From Picochlorum sp. SENEW3 (lineage: Eukaryota): DNA of 64,000 bases. Under the pieces are notes generated by a model that searched no databases, was not told where the DNA came from, and saw only the letters and a program-made list of their open reading frames with translations. The stretch lies in assembly GCA_034226945.1 (NCBI GenBank), contig CP120464.1, positions 372,001-436,000 on the forward strand, read 5' to 3'. The first letter of the stretch is position 1. Every line of letters starts with the position of its first letter. This document shows, piece by piece, positions 26,705 through 41,218 of this stretch. The position numbers and the translations under genes were made by a program.

Positions 26705-27890
26705 ATGGTACGTATGGCTTGCATACTCATAGGGCTAGAGTGATACATGATAATTTGAATGCTACATACCGACTCGGAGCTGTTGCTGACAAAGGTCCAC
26801 ATTGATGCTTATGACTTGTGTGCAGGTGAAGAAAAAGGGTGGAAGGGAAATGAATCCCGTGGATTCACATAGGAAGGCTGAGAGGGCGCGTCAGATTTCT
26901 CGAAACAAAAAGGAGAGGCAGATGCAGAGGGAAGCAATGCAGCATGTGTACGTGAGAAGGGTGGACTTGACCTATTCCATTGTATCACTGATTGTTATCT
27001 TTGAACTTTATTGTAGTGACGATCCAGCGTATCTTAGAAATCAGTTGAAAGAAATATTGGATGAGGAAGAAAAGGTTGGATCTCTGAATCCTTCACAAAG
27101 GAGCCTGAAGAAGACGTTGCAGAGGGCATATGACGCAGCTATCAAGCGCCAAGTGGTACGTGGATTGATGTAGACATATTGGTCATGTGGGGAGTGTACT
27201 TGATATAACGATTGGAATTTGTTGTTCAGGAAGTAGAAGCGAGAAAGAAGGCCGAGATTGAGGAAAAGAAAGTAGAGCAAGCTATGGACTCTACCATTCC
27301 ACTGAGTCAAATTCCCTTGCCCTGTACAATGCCTCCCCAAGGAGGCATGCGTCCCCCAGGGATGGCTTTGCCTCCCATGCCTTCAGGGCCATTGCCTCCA
27401 GGGATGCACCTGCGGCCTCCATCAGCACGGCCACCGCCTCCAGGGATGCACCTGCCTCCTCCACCATCAGGTCCACCAGGACAGTCAAATCAGAGTATGA
27501 ATAGAGGAGCTTCCACAGGTACCAGTACTTCTGCGCCAGTAATATCTGCTAAAAGTACAGTTGTTCCTCTTCCGAAGGCTCATCTCGATGAAGAATGTGC
27601 GTGTCATTGTTGTGTGGAATGTTTAATCATCATAGACATTATAATGTTTTTCTTCCTCTGCAGTAAAATCATTTGTTCCAGCATCAGTTCAGGCGTCAAG
27701 GCCTGTGAAGAAGAAACCACCACAAAAAAAGAATTCTTCGGGGTCTCAAGGCTTTGGATTGGTACCCAGAACTGTCCATAGTGCTCAAACTACTGGTGCT
27801 GCTGGAGAGAAGACTTCGAAAGCAACAGGGGTGTCGGATGTCCCTGATAACTTTGACGATTTCATGAAGAGTTTGAAAGGGGATCTTTGA
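26705..27890 (+). CDS. WW-domain-binding protein 11 (WBP11)-like splicing factor
   Basis: N-terminal KGGREMNPVDSHRKAERARQISRNKKER motif, proline-rich middle and C-terminal FDDFMKSL; ATG-only first exon. Confidence 0.8.
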
Positions 27891-28106
27891 CAATGTTTTT
27901 ATTTGAATTACTAGAGAAACCCATTGATAGGTTCACAAATCTTAATATCTGTCCGCATCCTTAGAATTCAGAATTCTGTGGTGTTTGGTGAATGAGCACA
28001 TTTTGCTCCGAGGAATCAAATGACTGGAAAGCATTGCATCAATCTCTCTTTACTCTATACCTTCAAATTATTCAGACAGGCAGTTTGGATTGAGAATAGG
28101 ATCGTC

Positions 28107-31100
28107 TTATTGCTTTTGGGTCTGAATGAGGTAGTTATAGTACCCTCCTAACTGCACGAGCTCAGAATGCGTCCCCTTTTCTAATACTCTACCTCGATAT
28201 ATTGCAGCAATAAGATCAAAATCTTTGATTGTTCCTAGACGATGAGCAACTACAATACAGGTTTTGTTCTGCATGAAGGATTTAAGCGAATTCAGAATTT
28301 GCTTCTCAGAAATAGAGTCTAGTGCGGCTGTGGGCTCATCCATCAGCAAAATGCCAGAATTTTTCAGCATAGCTCGAGCAATTGCTATTCGCTGTTTCTG
28401 TCCTCCACTCAACTGTACGTGACTATCGCCGATAAGAGTATCATACCCATCTGGGAAAGTTTGAATAAACTGGTGGCAATGTGCAGCTTTGGCAGCTTCT
28501 ATTACCCTCTGGTTATCTGCATTTTGATCTCCATATCGAATATTTTCTCTGATACTCTGGCCACAAAAAATAACAGGATCCTGTGTAACGAAACTGGTAA
28601 TGTGTCTTATCCAAGCTGTATCAAGTTTGTTGATATCAATGCCATCAATTCTCACCACTCCCTCAGCAGGACGATAAAATGATTGAAGCAAACCTGAACA
28701 TTTGATGAGCGACGAATCAGCAATTTGCAATAACACAAGCTATCGAGTGGCAAACTTACCGAAGCAAGAACTCTTTCCATGACCACTCTCTCCCACAAGG
28801 GCACAAGATGAATGAGCTTTGATATGGAGGTTCAAGTGTTTGAAAACCAGCCTTTCCGGTCGACAAGGATACGCGAATGTCACATCATCGAAAGATATTT
28901 CACCATTATAACGAGGGAGCTTAGCCCCTTGCACAGCGCCAGGGGCACACTGCAGAACTTTCTGGACCTTTCGAGCAGATTCCTTTGCCTTTCCAATAAC
29001 GCCAAATTGACTGTTTGTTTGAGCTAGACTAAAAGTTGCAAAGAATAAAGAACAGAAGGCTCTCATTAGGTCTTCCACTGAAATACTGAAAGACGCTACT
29101 TGCCTTGTTCCGAACCAAAATGCCAAACTAATTGTGTTGTAAAGCATAAATTGGCTGAGACCAAAGGCACAACCAGGGATCCAGATGTTTTGGTTGTTAT
29201 GCCTTTGGATGAGATACTCAAACCTGTTGGATAAAATTCCTTCAATTGAAAAAGTATGTATATCTCGTATATTTTTGGTGGCCTCAAACGAAAATCTGTT
29301 CAGTGCGTCCTGGCCAGATTGATTATATCCTCCCTCTTTGGCCCAGGCTTGCACTAGTTGGGCTAACAGCAACAAAGGAAAGATGGATAAGATAACCAAC
29401 GTCAGAGTAGCACTTGAATAGAAAGCAATGACAAGAGATGCAGTCAAGGTGACAAATGTTTGGATCAGAGCTCCAACCTGTGTAGTCAGAGCTTGCTTTA
29501 TATTATTCGAGTCATTTGAGAGCAAAGTCAACATTGAGGAGGTATCATTGTCTGTTTTTTCGTGCCAATCGATTGGCCGAGATACTGCCCTCTGAAAGAT
29601 AGTCTGTTTGATCGAAGAGGATAGATGTTCTCCAACATATGTCCAGGAGTACGTCTGGAGGGCTCCAAATACGATAAATCCGAATCCTATTCCAGTGTAT
29701 ACAAGTGCCCATTTTGACCCACCATCTTTTATCAGTTCTGGGGTTGGCCTCAGGAACGCGCCCACTGAACCGGACAATGCCAGGGAATAAGCAGGATATT
29801 GAAGCCCCATAATGCACGAAGAAAACAACGAAAGTGCGAGGAGAATTTTCGACTTCAGCGATGAAAAATCAATCCCGTGAGCCGTTCTCAGCAGCGCTCC
29901 AATATCAGTCCATTTTGTCTCTTCCTCACCATCGTCTTCCTGCCCAATTTTCAACTTTTTCCTGATTTTCTCTGGCATAATGGATAAGCGCACACTTCGT
30001 TTACGAAGAACACTGTCTCTCAAGACAGGCTTCTCCTTTGTTGGTGCATTTTGTTCTTCAGGGCTGATTTCATTGAATGATGCATCAGCTGCTGTCATGG
30101 TCTTCACCAGGGACCGGTAAACCTTGCCTGTCGCCATCAGGTCAGAGTGAGATCCTTGTTCTACAATTCTTCCATCTTTGGCCACCGCAATAGAGTTCAT
30201 ACTCATGACTGTTGACAATTTATGAGCAATGCTTACGACTGTTTTCTCACAGGCAAACATTTGTTGCATTGTCTCATTAATTTCTTGTTCACTTCTGTTA
30301 TCAAGAGCTGCTGTCGCCTCATCAAGTAACAATATTCTTGAATCTCTCAAAAACGCTCTAGCGATCCCGATACGTTGGCGCTGGCCGCCAGACAAAGAAT
30401 TATTTGAATCTAAGAACGTGTCATAGCCATTGGGCAATTTCTGTATGAAATCGTGGCAACGTGCCTTCTTGCAAGCTGAAACAACTTCATTGAATGATGA
30501 TGACGGCTTCGATATTCGTATGTTATCGACAATTGAACCCGAGAAAATGCAAACTTCTTGCGGAATGTAAGCAATATTTGATCTCCACTCCTTTGCTGAA
30601 ATTTCTGACAGGTTGACACCATCGATAAATATGCCACCACCATCTGGAGAGTAGTATTTCAGCAGTAGATTGATAATTGTACTCTGCAAAGATAATTTTG
30701 TATCATGCGATGCTTATTTCATGAACTGATTCCAGGATAGAAAACTCACCTTTCCACTACCACTGGGACCCACAATAGCAGTGCTTGTATTTGACGGCAA
30801 GATCATATTGAAAGAGTTGAGTATGGTTCTGTCAGGGCGAGTGGGATAAGCGAAGTGAACATCAATAAATTCAATATCCATGTTTAGGTCCTTAATGCAC
30901 TTTCCAGGTTCTGACACCAAGTTCTTTGATTCTGACCCTGGACTAAGAACGACCGATATCTGTTGGCCAGCAATGTGCCCATTCCAGGTGCAATTAAAGC
31001 AAGGAATTGCTTGAGAGGCTGAAAATCCAGCCATAATTGCGGAGAAAAGAACGGCAATCACCTGTCCTCCTGTGTATGAGCCTTCTGCGACATATTTTGC

Positions 31101-31991
31101 GCCGTTGTATATAGTGAGAGCATAAGCAAAACTGAATATTCCTGCAATTATTGACACTTCCAGCCCAGATAAGAATGAATCAGCTAATGAAAATGTTGCG
31201 AGTCTGGACAAAATATAACCATATCTGTCGCAGAATGTAGTTTCTAGATTGAATGACGCAACAGTCTTGATGTTAGAGAATGTCTCTTTCACTGCAAAGT
31301 TTGACTCTCTTCTATGTGCCTGCAGTCCCACATCAAGGCGCTTTGACAACCTTTTTATGATGAAATTGATAAGAAATAGTACTGGCAAAATTGTCAGAAC
31401 AAATAAAGTCAATTTTGCCCCCCTGGAAAATGCCACAATCAAACCAGCAACTGCAGTCACTGCTTGGCGAATACCCTCCACTGTCTCTCCCAGAGCGAGT
31501 TGGATAGTAGGTAATTCCTTGCCCATCAAAGTCATTATAACACCACTTGATCTACGAATCTGGTGCCACGACATTGGTTTCTCCAAGATCTGCGAGAATA
31601 TTTCGCTTTTCCCCCGGTTTACCTGGCGCTTCGTACTGCTGGCACTCATCGAAACTTCGATGCAACCGAGACAAAGTGCCCCTATCGACAAGTATACAAG
31701 TTGCAGTACCTTACGATTGACCTCTTTCTGGATATTATCAGCCCCCATAGCATTTACCAAGTCTCCAAAAATCACAGCGAACAAAGGAATGACGCAGCCA
31801 TTGCCCACCGCAGCTAGACATGCTTGCGTGTACAGGATAAGATCTTTATGATCGGCGAACCTGTGATCAAATTTATTTCTGCTGTTAAATACTAGGAAAA
31901 AGACAACAGCAATACAAGTTGACACATTGATGCCGAAAAAAGTTGAAATGAAACGTGACAATACTACTCACATGAAAACTTTTGGTACCAT
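28107..31991 (-). CDS. Full-length ABCB (P-glycoprotein/MDR) transporter
   Basis: TMD-NBD-TMD-NBD layout with GPSGSGK|ST, LSGGQRQR, LLLDEATAALD, GESGHGKS and LSGGQKQR. The start codon is approximate. Confidence 0.93.
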
Positions 31992-32324
31992 TGTGAACTA
32001 ACGGATAATACAGTATATCGCTACCTCTGACGTCCTCATAAAACTTTAAAGTCATCTCTTTCCTGGTATTTACTAAACGAGCTCAATAAAATGCTTCGTT
32101 GACCATCAATACGATTTTGACCACTGGTGGTACAGGTCGCAGTACTAGCCGCGTCAGAAGCCGGGGATTAATGCTATTTTGCAAAGCGATCAGCGATCAA
32201 TATCTTTTTGATATATTTATAGGAAGGGGCTAAAAGTTACAATAGACACATTTAAAGCTGTTATCATTATTTTCCAGGGCATTCATACAAAGTATTTGTC
32301 CCAAGGTGCAATTATTCGATTAGA

Positions 32325-33055
32325 TCACTTAGCTTTCTGCTTCCGGCCCTTATGGCTGAGTTTGTAAGCTGCTTGGCGAAACTTTTTGAATTCTGCACTC
32401 AGGGGAGTGTTTGGAAGCTCAAATATGGATTCTTCGAGCTCCTTTAACTTACTTAATATAGCATCCGTTTCATCCTGCAGCATGGTGACGCAAGGATGAG
32501 CAATATAGCACAAAGTCAGTATAACTGCTCGATTCTACCTACCTTAAAATAGTCGCGATGAATCTCGACAACTGAGCAAAGATTTTTTATTGATTTAATT
32601 TTACGATAGGGCCATCCTGTCATTCCCAGTTCTCTTGTTGCAGTCTTAAACCTTGTGTTGCCGATTTTCAGGGCATCAGCAGCCTTCTGCTGAGGAAGAT
32701 GGCCCACTTTTCGGAGCATGTCCAAGGTGATAGTGCGCGATCCAGAACCTTTATAAATGAAAAAGTTTCAGTATATGAGTAAAACACTAATCTCAACTTA
32801 ATGGTTATTGATTGATGCCTGTAAGAATATCCAGCAAAGCTAGGGAAGGTTACTGCAGCTTACGTTACCTTTGTGAGTGCGGACATGAACCTCGCTTTTT
32901 TTTGTATCATCTTTAAATGAATCAAGAAGAATTTCTATATCCTCCTCACATAAATTTGGAAGATGGTAGTCGAGAGACTCGGAAAAATCAAAATCTAGTC
33001 CAAAGTCAAGGTCTTCACCAGCCCATGGTGACAGGTCTTCCAGAAAGTCTCCCAT
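32325..33055 (-). CDS. Small RWP-RK transcription factor of RKD type
   Basis: Three exons: acidic N-terminus; HLPQQKAADALKIGNTRFKTATRELGMTGWPYRKIKSI; and C-terminal LSAEFKKFRQAAYK, which resembles the RKD 'RQAxFK' motif. Confidence 0.85.
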
Positions 33056-33537
33056 TGATAAGTTTGAATAAAATGTCACAAATAAAACTATCACTCAAAT
33101 ATTAACCGCTGAGGAAACCAACCTGTCCTCATTTCATCAACAAGCTTTTGACCAGTCAACTACTTTTGACCCACATCCGGTAGAACGATCCCTGTCATCT
33201 ATGCATACCAAACGAGATTCCTAGATGGCCCCACAGGAAGCTTCAAAGCATTGAAAGGGAACTGTAAAGTTGCAAGAATTGCTGGGGGACCCTTCCCAGT
33301 CAGAGGAACAAATGACGGCTCTTGATGGACGGATAAAACATCTAACGAAAGAGAAGAAATCTATTTGCTTTCAGTCATGAATAAAGGTAGGGGCATCGTA
33401 ATTTGCACTCTTACATAGTTGCTATCATGGAAAATTCAACGTATAACGTGCCACAGCACAACAAGAAGCTCTAATTCATTCATGCAAAGGAAAGCCGTTT
33501 CTACCCACGCACAATGGGCTATCTATTATCTTACTCA

Positions 33538-35694
33538 TCATGACATTATTGGTGTATCAACTTTCTTTCCCGCGAGAGACATAGCAGTTGCGTATATGTG
33601 TGGAGCCGTCAAACCAGCCTCAGAGAGTTGGTCTTGCTGTGATCCATGCTCAATATACCTGTCTGGCAACGTCATAGGTCTAAATTTCATATTGCCATCG
33701 AGAAGACCTTCAAGTGCTAAAAATTGCATCACATGTGCACCAAAACCTCCAATGCTACCTTCCTCTACTGTTATCATTGCAGGGTGCTCCTTTGCAAGCT
33801 TGCGAATCATATCCCCATCCAAAGGCTTGCAGAAACGAGCATCCATGACAGTTGCACTCACGCCTGCCTCCTCTAACATACTAGCAGCTTTCATGCATTC
33901 CAAAACTGAGCTTCCATAACCAACAATGGCCACGTCCTTACCCTCCTTTCTGATAATGCCTTTTCCAATCTCCAAAGGAGTTCCTTTCAAGTCCTCAGTA
34001 ATGCCTTCAGCAGCAAGGTCAATGCCTATTCCATTTCCTCTAGGGAATCTGAAGCAAGAAGGTCTATCGTCAATCGCCACAGATGTAGCCACCATGTTGA
34101 TCAACTCTGCTTCATTTGATGGAGCCATGACCACCATGTTTGGAAGGCTTGCCATGTACGTCACATCAAAGGCTCCACAATGTGTTGCCCCATCTGCACC
34201 TACAAGGCCAGCTCTATCCATGGCAAACCTCACTGGAAGATTTTGCAACGACACATCATGTACTACTTGGTCATACCCTCTCTGCAAGAATGTAGAATAG
34301 ATGGCGCAGACTGGAATCAACCCTTCACAAGCCAAACCAGCTGCAAAGGTCACAGCATGCTGTTCAGCAATTCCAACATCATATACTCTGTCTGGGAATG
34401 CATTTTCAAAACGATTCATTCCTGTTCCACCTCCCATGGCTGCATGCACACCAACAACCCTAGAGTCTCGTTTCGCTTCTGCAGTCAAAGAATCAGCAAA
34501 ATAATTTGTGTACGACATTGCTTTTGTCGATGGTTTGGACTGCTTTCCAGTCAATGTATCGTATTTTGTGACTCCATGCATCTTGTCAGATGCTGTTTCT
34601 GCAGGGAGATATCCTCGTCCCTTTTCAGAGACAACATGCAACAGGACAGGTCCAACAGTTTCCGTAGAACGAATCTCAGACAGCACATCGATCAAATCTT
34701 GCAAATTATGTCCATCTACTGGACCGATGTAATAGAATCCAAGCTCTTCAAACAGTGTACTGCCTGTCCCACTGATCATTCCTCGAGCATACTCATCAAT
34801 CTTGGCAGTGGTATTTTGAATGGATCCTGGAAGCTGTTTCGTCACACCCTTTGCAATTTCTCTCAACTCTCTCAGCTGCTTGTTTGCTTGAAGTCGAGCC
34901 AAGGTAGAAGACAATGCACCGACAGGCTCTTGGTTTTTACCATTGTACTGGGTTGGCAAGGACACCTGTTGGTTGTCGTTCAGGATGACAATCATATTTT
35001 TGTCCAAGAATCCTGCATGATTCATTGCTTCATATGCCATACCACCCGTGATTGCTCCATCTCCAATCACTGCAATGCAGCTGTTCTTGCGACCTTTGCG
35101 GTCCCTTCCCACAGCCATACCAAGAGCAGCAGAGATGGATGTGGAACTATGACCTGCTCCAAATGCATCGTGAGGCGACTCTGCCCTCTTTGTAAATCCT
35201 GACAAACCTCCTGACTGACGAATCGTAGACATTTTGTCCCTCCTTCCGGTCAGCATTTTGTGGATGTATGCCTGATGTCCAACATCCCACACAATCTTAT
35301 CCTCTGGGGTATTGAAGACATAATGAAGGGCAACGCTCAATTCGACAACACCAAGACTTGATCCCAAATGACCTCCAGTCTTTGCAACAGTATGAATCAG
35401 GTCTGCTCGCAATTCCTTGCACAGTTGGGTCAACTGAGACGTGTTGAAATTCTTGATATGAACAGGGAAATTCACCGTGTCCAACAAAGGCGTTGGTGGA
35501 CCGACATTCTTCCAATCCTCCAGCTCATCAATAGAAATCTTATCCCAAGCTCCGTTACCATTCCCAGATGAAGCACATGGTCGAACATATGCCCTCTTTC
35601 TTGCTCCACCTCTGGGCAACCCGCTTGCTCTCAGTGACGAAGGCTGTGGTCGTGACACTGGCTCCCGAAGAGAGGCCAATCCAGCTACTTTCAT
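33538..35694 (-). CDS. DXS: 1-deoxy-D-xylulose-5-phosphate synthase (plastid)
   Basis: Motifs [29 protein letters not shown] and [10 protein letters not shown]; transit peptide; intronless CDS. Confidence 0.97.
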   Translation of the reverse strand: MKVAGLASLREPVSRPQPSSLRASGLPRGGARKRAYVRPCASSGNGNGAWDKISIDELEDWKNVGPPTPLLDTVNFPVHIKNFNTSQLTQLCKELRADLIHTVAKTGGHLGSSLGVVELSVALHYVFNTPEDKIVWDVGHQAYIHKMLTGRRDKMSTIRQSGGLSGFTKRAESPHDAFGAGHSSTSISAALGMAVGRDRKGRKNSCIAVIGDGAITGGMAYEAMNHAGFLDKNMIVILNDNQQVSLPTQYNGKNQEPVGALSSTLARLQANKQLRELREIAKGVTKQLPGSIQNTTAKIDEYARGMISGTGSTLFEELGFYYIGPVDGHNLQDLIDVLSEIRSTETVGPVLLHVVSEKGRGYLPAETASDKMHGVTKYDTLTGKQSKPSTKAMSYTNYFADSLTAEAKRDSRVVGVHAAMGGGTGMNRFENAFPDRVYDVGIAEQHAVTFAAGLACEGLIPVCAIYSTFLQRGYDQVVHDVSLQNLPVRFAMDRAGLVGADGATHCGAFDVTYMASLPNMVVMAPSNEAELINMVATSVAIDDRPSCFRFPRGNGIGIDLAAEGITEDLKGTPLEIGKGIIRKEGKDVAIVGYGSSVLECMKAASMLEEAGVSATVMDARFCKPLDGDMIRKLAKEHPAMITVEEGSIGGFGAHVMQFLALEGLLDGNMKFRPMTLPDRYIEHGSQQDQLSEAGLTAPHIYATAMSLAGKKVDTPIMS

Positions 35695-36388
35695 CTTCTC
35701 AAAATTCAAGATCCAATAGAAAAATGTACCTGATCAGGGAGATACTCTGCACATAGACACCCGTCTTGATAAAACACAACCAAAACCATATCCAGGTCTT
35801 ATCGCCCCGGACCCACGACTCTATCCCTTTCCACCGGGTTTAAAAACATTCTTCACCATCCATATATGTATTATGTGGCACCAAATTCCAATACCACGCA
35901 TGGAAGGGACAAAAGGTGGACAACAGGCGGGGGTTGGCAGCCAGGCGTCGCTGCAGACCACCTCGTCCAATTTTCCACCACATAATCCCCAATGCACTGG
36001 CCCCAGTAGGTCATAATAATTATTTCAAGACACAATAGCCCATTAGGAAGCTATTCTAGGCAATCTCACCCACCTTGTATCCACACCCAACCTGTCGTGC
36101 AATCCTTCGTCAAAAAGCAAAATAACGTCCTCTTAGACGTCAGATACAACCAATGTATCCCTTATGAGTATAAAAATTATTAAAACTGTGAGGATTCTGG
36201 TATAACACAATGCGCATGTATGATCTGTCAAATTTCTCATGGCCCATGGGAGAGCCTAGCTCCCTCGCGAAGGCGCGTGGGCAGATTCCAGGACACCGCT
36301 GTGAGTCGTACCAGGCTCGGGTAGAAGGCACACCATGCCATTAATTCATATCAAACTGTTCATTTGGTTCATCTGAAGGATTGCAAGG

Positions 36389-38049
36389 ATGGAATCGACG
36401 GACTATGTCAAAGTGCAGCCAAAGAAATTTGCACCTAGGCAGGGGCGAGAGACTGCCGAGGGTAGATTTTGGAGGGGACTGAAATTTTTAGAATTTAAAA
36501 AGGAGGTATGATTGGTCTTGTTGATTCTGATCACATGCTGTGCGCAAGAGGGAGTAGTGCATGTCATGCATCTCAAAACTGCTTTTTTAATTTGTAACAT
36601 GGCTCGCAATGTGACGGCGTGATCTCACAAATGGTTTTATGATTTCAGTTTGGTCCTGTTAGCCATATTCATTGCTGCTCAGAAGGGACTCATGGGTATG
36701 CTGTGACGACGTCTACTCGGGTTCACCTGTATGACGCTCGATTGAATTTGCAGCGGACTATCTCGCGTTTCAAGGACACAGCTTATTGCGGAACGTTTCG
36801 ATCGGATGGTAAACTAGTTGCGGCTGGAGGGGAGAGTGGGATTGTGCAGGTTTTTGATGCAAATAGCAGGTCATTGCTGAGGCAGATGACTTCTCACTCA
36901 AGACCGGTGCATAGTGTCGCATTTGCTCACGACAAGCTTCATCTTTTATCTGCTGGAGATGATGCGACTGTACGATGGTGGGACGTCGCATCTGGTAATC
37001 AGATATCTCGCTTTGATGGACACACAGATTATGTTCGAACAGCAGCACTGAGTCCCCAATCGGAGGAATTACTTGCTACAGGTGGATATGATCACATGTG
37101 CAAGCTGTGGGATGTTAGAACTCGAGACGAAGTTGCTAGTTTTGATCATGGCCTTCCTATTGAGAGTATGGCTTTTTTCCCATCAGAATCTCTGATTGTC
37201 ACTGCCGGTGGACAGAAAGTATGCTGTTGGGATATTTCGGGTCGCAGGCTGTTGTACCAGTTTAATGCACATCAGAAGACTGTGTCTGTGGTGAAAATGG
37301 TGGATGCAGATGGACAACTGCGTATGATTACAGGATCTTTGGATGGCCATGTCAAAGTATTTGACCCAGCCACTTTCAAAATGCTGTATGCATGCAAATA
37401 TCCTGCCCCTGTTTTGAGTCTTGATGTGCCTCCAGGAGCACATGATACAATGGCTGTTGGGCTTGCAGATGGTACATTGTCATTTAGAAAGCGAAAGGCA
37501 CGAGCAGGGTCAAAATCAAAGGGATATGCACCTCGACTCACAGCCTCAAACTATCGATACTTTTTTAGAAACCAGTCAATGGCGCCTTCGGAGTCAGACG
37601 TCGTAGTATCAAAGCAGAAGAAAGCAGCCTTGGCGGAACACGATAAATTGCTCAGAAAATTCAGGTATGCAGATGCTCTAGACAAGGCACTTGCTGGTCA
37701 AAGGCCAGAGGTAGTATTTGCAGTTATAGAAGAGTTGATGACTCGTGGTGGGCTGTCATCGGCACTACGAGGTAGAGATGAGGATTCCTTGTCTCCTTTG
37801 ATCCAATTTCTGACGAAATATGTACAGGATCCACGGTATAGCAAGGATGCAATTGCAGTCTGCAGTCGAATCCTTGACACCTATTCATTTCCACTAGAAT
37901 CTGCAGACGGGATGAATACTCAGGAAAATCAAATGATGCATGCACTGCATGTTCTTCTTGAACATGCTAGAGAAGAAGTCAAAGCCTGTCACCACTTGCT
38001 CAAAGTCAAGGGAATGGTGGATATGCTCATGCAAGCTCAGCAGCAGTAA
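36389..38049 (+). CDS. UTP15: U3 snoRNP WD40 protein UTP15
   Basis: N-terminal ETAEGRFW, ISRFKDTAY, WD40 repeats (HTDYVR, HQKTV) and a UTP15-C region (LRKFRY..ALD); one intron at about 36506-36648. Confidence 0.92.
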
Positions 38050-38399
38050 AAATGGCCACACCATATGGTGTGTTTGCAGTGCTAGAAAGTAGGTCCTAGA
38101 GTTCAAAGTGAGGTATTGTAACTGCATTTACACAATTTGCACGTCACATAATATTCATTGATTTTGAATTTACAGTGGATTATGGTCCACGTGACTCAAT
38201 TTTTTCACATATCCCCTATCAAATCTGTTTTGGATGGGAGGCTTTGTGTAAATCAAGAGTCTCTCCCCTGGCATCAACGATTGTCATATCCACATGGCTC
38301 GAATGGGATTGTTTGACGCTCACTCTCCAGCATTCAGGATAATAATTTCACATTTTTCATTTGAGTGAATATATTCTGTGTGAATTTCATTTTTATTTA

Positions 38400-39898
38400 A
38401 TGATGCTTGCTGTTGCTCAACAAACACGCGCATGTCAAGCAGGCGCAGTGCGCTGCTTGGGTGCTCGCTCAGGATTGAAGCGTGTGGTGCGTACTGTGAT
38501 TTGATTCGACTCATGGAATTATGGATGGGTCTGTGAGATGGAATGCTTTTGTGGTGCCCACATTTTTGGGAAACATATGGCGCTGGTGCTGCCGGCCCTG
38601 ATGGGGATGCATTCGGTCGAAAGGAACCTTTCATGGGAGGGTGTCTTGTTTGACGACGCTCGTTGTGCTCTTGTCTCTTAACCATGTATATTTGATCCAC
38701 AATGTAGGGTGCTATTTCAGCCAAAAAGAATGTTCTCAAAGTGCATGCTGCTGCACCAATCCAGGTTGAGCAGATGTCAAACGTTGGTTACATGAGTGAT
38801 GAGGAGCGTGCAGCCCTTGCAAAGCAGTTGGGCTACAGAAGTATTGGGAAAGAGCTTCCTGACGATGTCACCCTGTCTGATGTGATCAAGTCTCTCCCAG
38901 AAGAAGTTTTCGAAATCAATCCATTAAGAGCTTGGTCCGCTGTTGCGCTGACTTTGGCATCTATGGCCGCTGCTTTGTATGCCATCTCCATCTCCCCATG
39001 GTACCTGCTGCCATTTGCTTGGGCCTTTGCTGGAACTGCATTCACTGGCTTCTTCGTGGTAGGACACGACTGCGGACATAGATCGTTCTCTAAAAACAAG
39101 CTTGTGGAGGACATCGTGGGAACACTCATGTTCATGCCATTGATCTATCCATTCGAGCCATGGAGAATCAAGCACAACCAGCATCATGCTCATACGAACA
39201 AGCTGGTAGAAGACACAGCTTGGCATCCAGTAAAACGTGAAGACATGAAAGACTGGAGCCCAGCATACGCTTGGGTATACAAGACCTTTTTGGGAACTCC
39301 TCTGAAATTGTGGGCATCAATTGGTCACTGGGCTGTGTGGCACTTTGACCTGAACAAGTACTCTGAGAATCAAAAGCCTCGCGTCATCATCAGCCTTGTA
39401 GCTGTGGCTGCCTTCATTGCTATTGGATGGCCACTTATTATTAAATACACCGGCTTCACTGGATTACTCAAGTACTGGTTGATGCCTTGGCTCGGATATC
39501 ACTTCTGGATGAGTACCTTTACAGTTATCCATCACACAGCTCCCCACATTCCATTCAAGCCAGCCGAGACTTGGAATGCTGCTAAGGCCCAGCTGTCAGG
39601 AACTGTCCACTGCGATTTCCCAAGATGGGTTGAGATTCTCTGCCACGACATTAGTGTGCACGTGCCACATCATGTCAATGCCAAGATCCCATGGTACAAC
39701 CTCCGTGCTGCAAATGAATCCCTCCGCAAGAACTGGGGAGAGTACATGACTGAATGCGACTTCAACTGGAGAATGATGAAAAACATCTTCACCGAGTGCC
39801 ACGTGTATGATGAGAAGGATAACTACGTTCCATTCGATTTCGAGAAGGAGGAGCCAATGTTTGAAATTCAGCGCAAGGTCTTGCCCAACTCCATGTGA
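38400..39898 (+). CDS. FAD6: Plastid omega-6 fatty acid desaturase
   Basis: His boxes HDCGH, HNQHH and HVPHH; GYRSIGKELPDDVTL typical of FAD6. A first exon at 38400-38447 is inferred. Confidence 0.95.
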
Positions 39899-40001
39899 AG
39901 ATTTTTCAGCTTTCGAAAATACTTTTCGCTCACAAATGTATGCACAAATTGATCGATTCTTTAATTGAGTTACATGTAACAGGCAACAAGTAATGATGAT
40001 A

Positions 40002-41218
40002 CTATTGATTCAGCACCTCTTCGCGAAATGAAGACGCCATTTCATCTGCGGTTGAAAACACAAGCTCTTTATCATTCACCATATCTCCCCTTTCCTTCTC
40101 AAGCACTGATGTCGACAAAGATATATTTGTATAGTCCTCATTCATACCGATAATAACGGCCTTGATGTATTCACCCTGCGAGAGAATGTCTGCTGGATGG
40201 TCCACATGCTCTTTTGAAATATTTGAAATGTGGAGCAAGGCACTGGCACGAGTGCCTTCAATCCCAACAAACGCTCCAAACTTTTCAATCTTGCGAATTT
40301 TTCCTTGAATCACATGTCCCACCTCTAACTGTCTGATGATGTCATTTTCGAGAGCCTTCGCCTCCGAACAAACGACTCGTCTCTGTTCAGGATTCACCTC
40401 CAAAATAGTAATCCGAATACGTTTCTTCATATATGCCGTCTGCAAAGCAGGGACATCCCACATCTTTCCATCGTCTCTCCTCTTCAATTGAGATATTGGG
40501 ACAAAAACCGGGTATCCAGCAACATAAGCTGTCAAGCCTCCTCTGTTCACACCATTCACAACAACTGAAAAATTTTCCTTTTCCTGCAGACACACGTCAG
40601 ATCATTCAGACACCCATTCACCTACACGATACAATAATAATAACACATACATATGTACAATGCTCATTTATTTGTTCCATCCTCCTCCACATCATATCTT
40701 GGTCAATTGTTTTTGCTGACACCACCACATCCCCATCCACCTCTGCAGCAGCATACGCCCCATCCTCATCTTCATACACAGTAAATTCCCTCTGCAATCC
40801 CAACGGCATCAACTCCTTCATCGTCTCATGCTTCTTGACCTTTTTATTAATCGATATCGGTGCCTCTTGCCATGGCAAAAATCTACACACATGCCACCAT
40901 CAATCACACATACTACATTACTCCAGGACCACATACAACATACCCTTCCAACGATCCTTCATCCCCTCCTCCTCCATTATCATCACCCACCATCTCCACG
41001 ATCACACCCCCCTTTGTAGCCTTCTTCATATACCCATACATAATTTTGCCATCCCTATGCTGCTGCTCCACAGAGTTCTCAGGAGACGCCACCTGCTCCT
41101 CATATGTCACACGCACGACAGTCCTCGATACCTTTCTCCAACTATATCTAATTGGATGACGAACAGGGATGCCGCGACACTGCGCCACACCTCCAAGTCT
41201 CGCCCCGTATAACACCAT
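40002..41218 (-). CDS. S1-domain RNA-binding protein (plastid ribosomal S1-like)
   Basis: S1 repeats (VNRGGL...FVPISQL; GKIRKIEKFGAFVGI...LLHISNIS); two introns. Confidence 0.8.

Noticed and set aside
27340..27480. Repeated CCTCCAGGGATGCACCTGC units
   Set aside because: They are coding repeats (PPGMHL) in the proline-rich region of WBP11, not a CRISPR array or satellite.
32325..33055. Calling the RWP-RK gene MID or a mating-type locus
   Set aside because: The C-terminal motif is RKD-like, and the sequence alone gives no evidence of sex linkage.
34180..35202. Long antisense/overlapping ORFs (this 340 aa one; also 15111-15734, 40433-41212, 42032-42787, 48986-49633)
   Set aside because: They are shadows of well-supported genes on the opposite strand and have no recognisable motifs.
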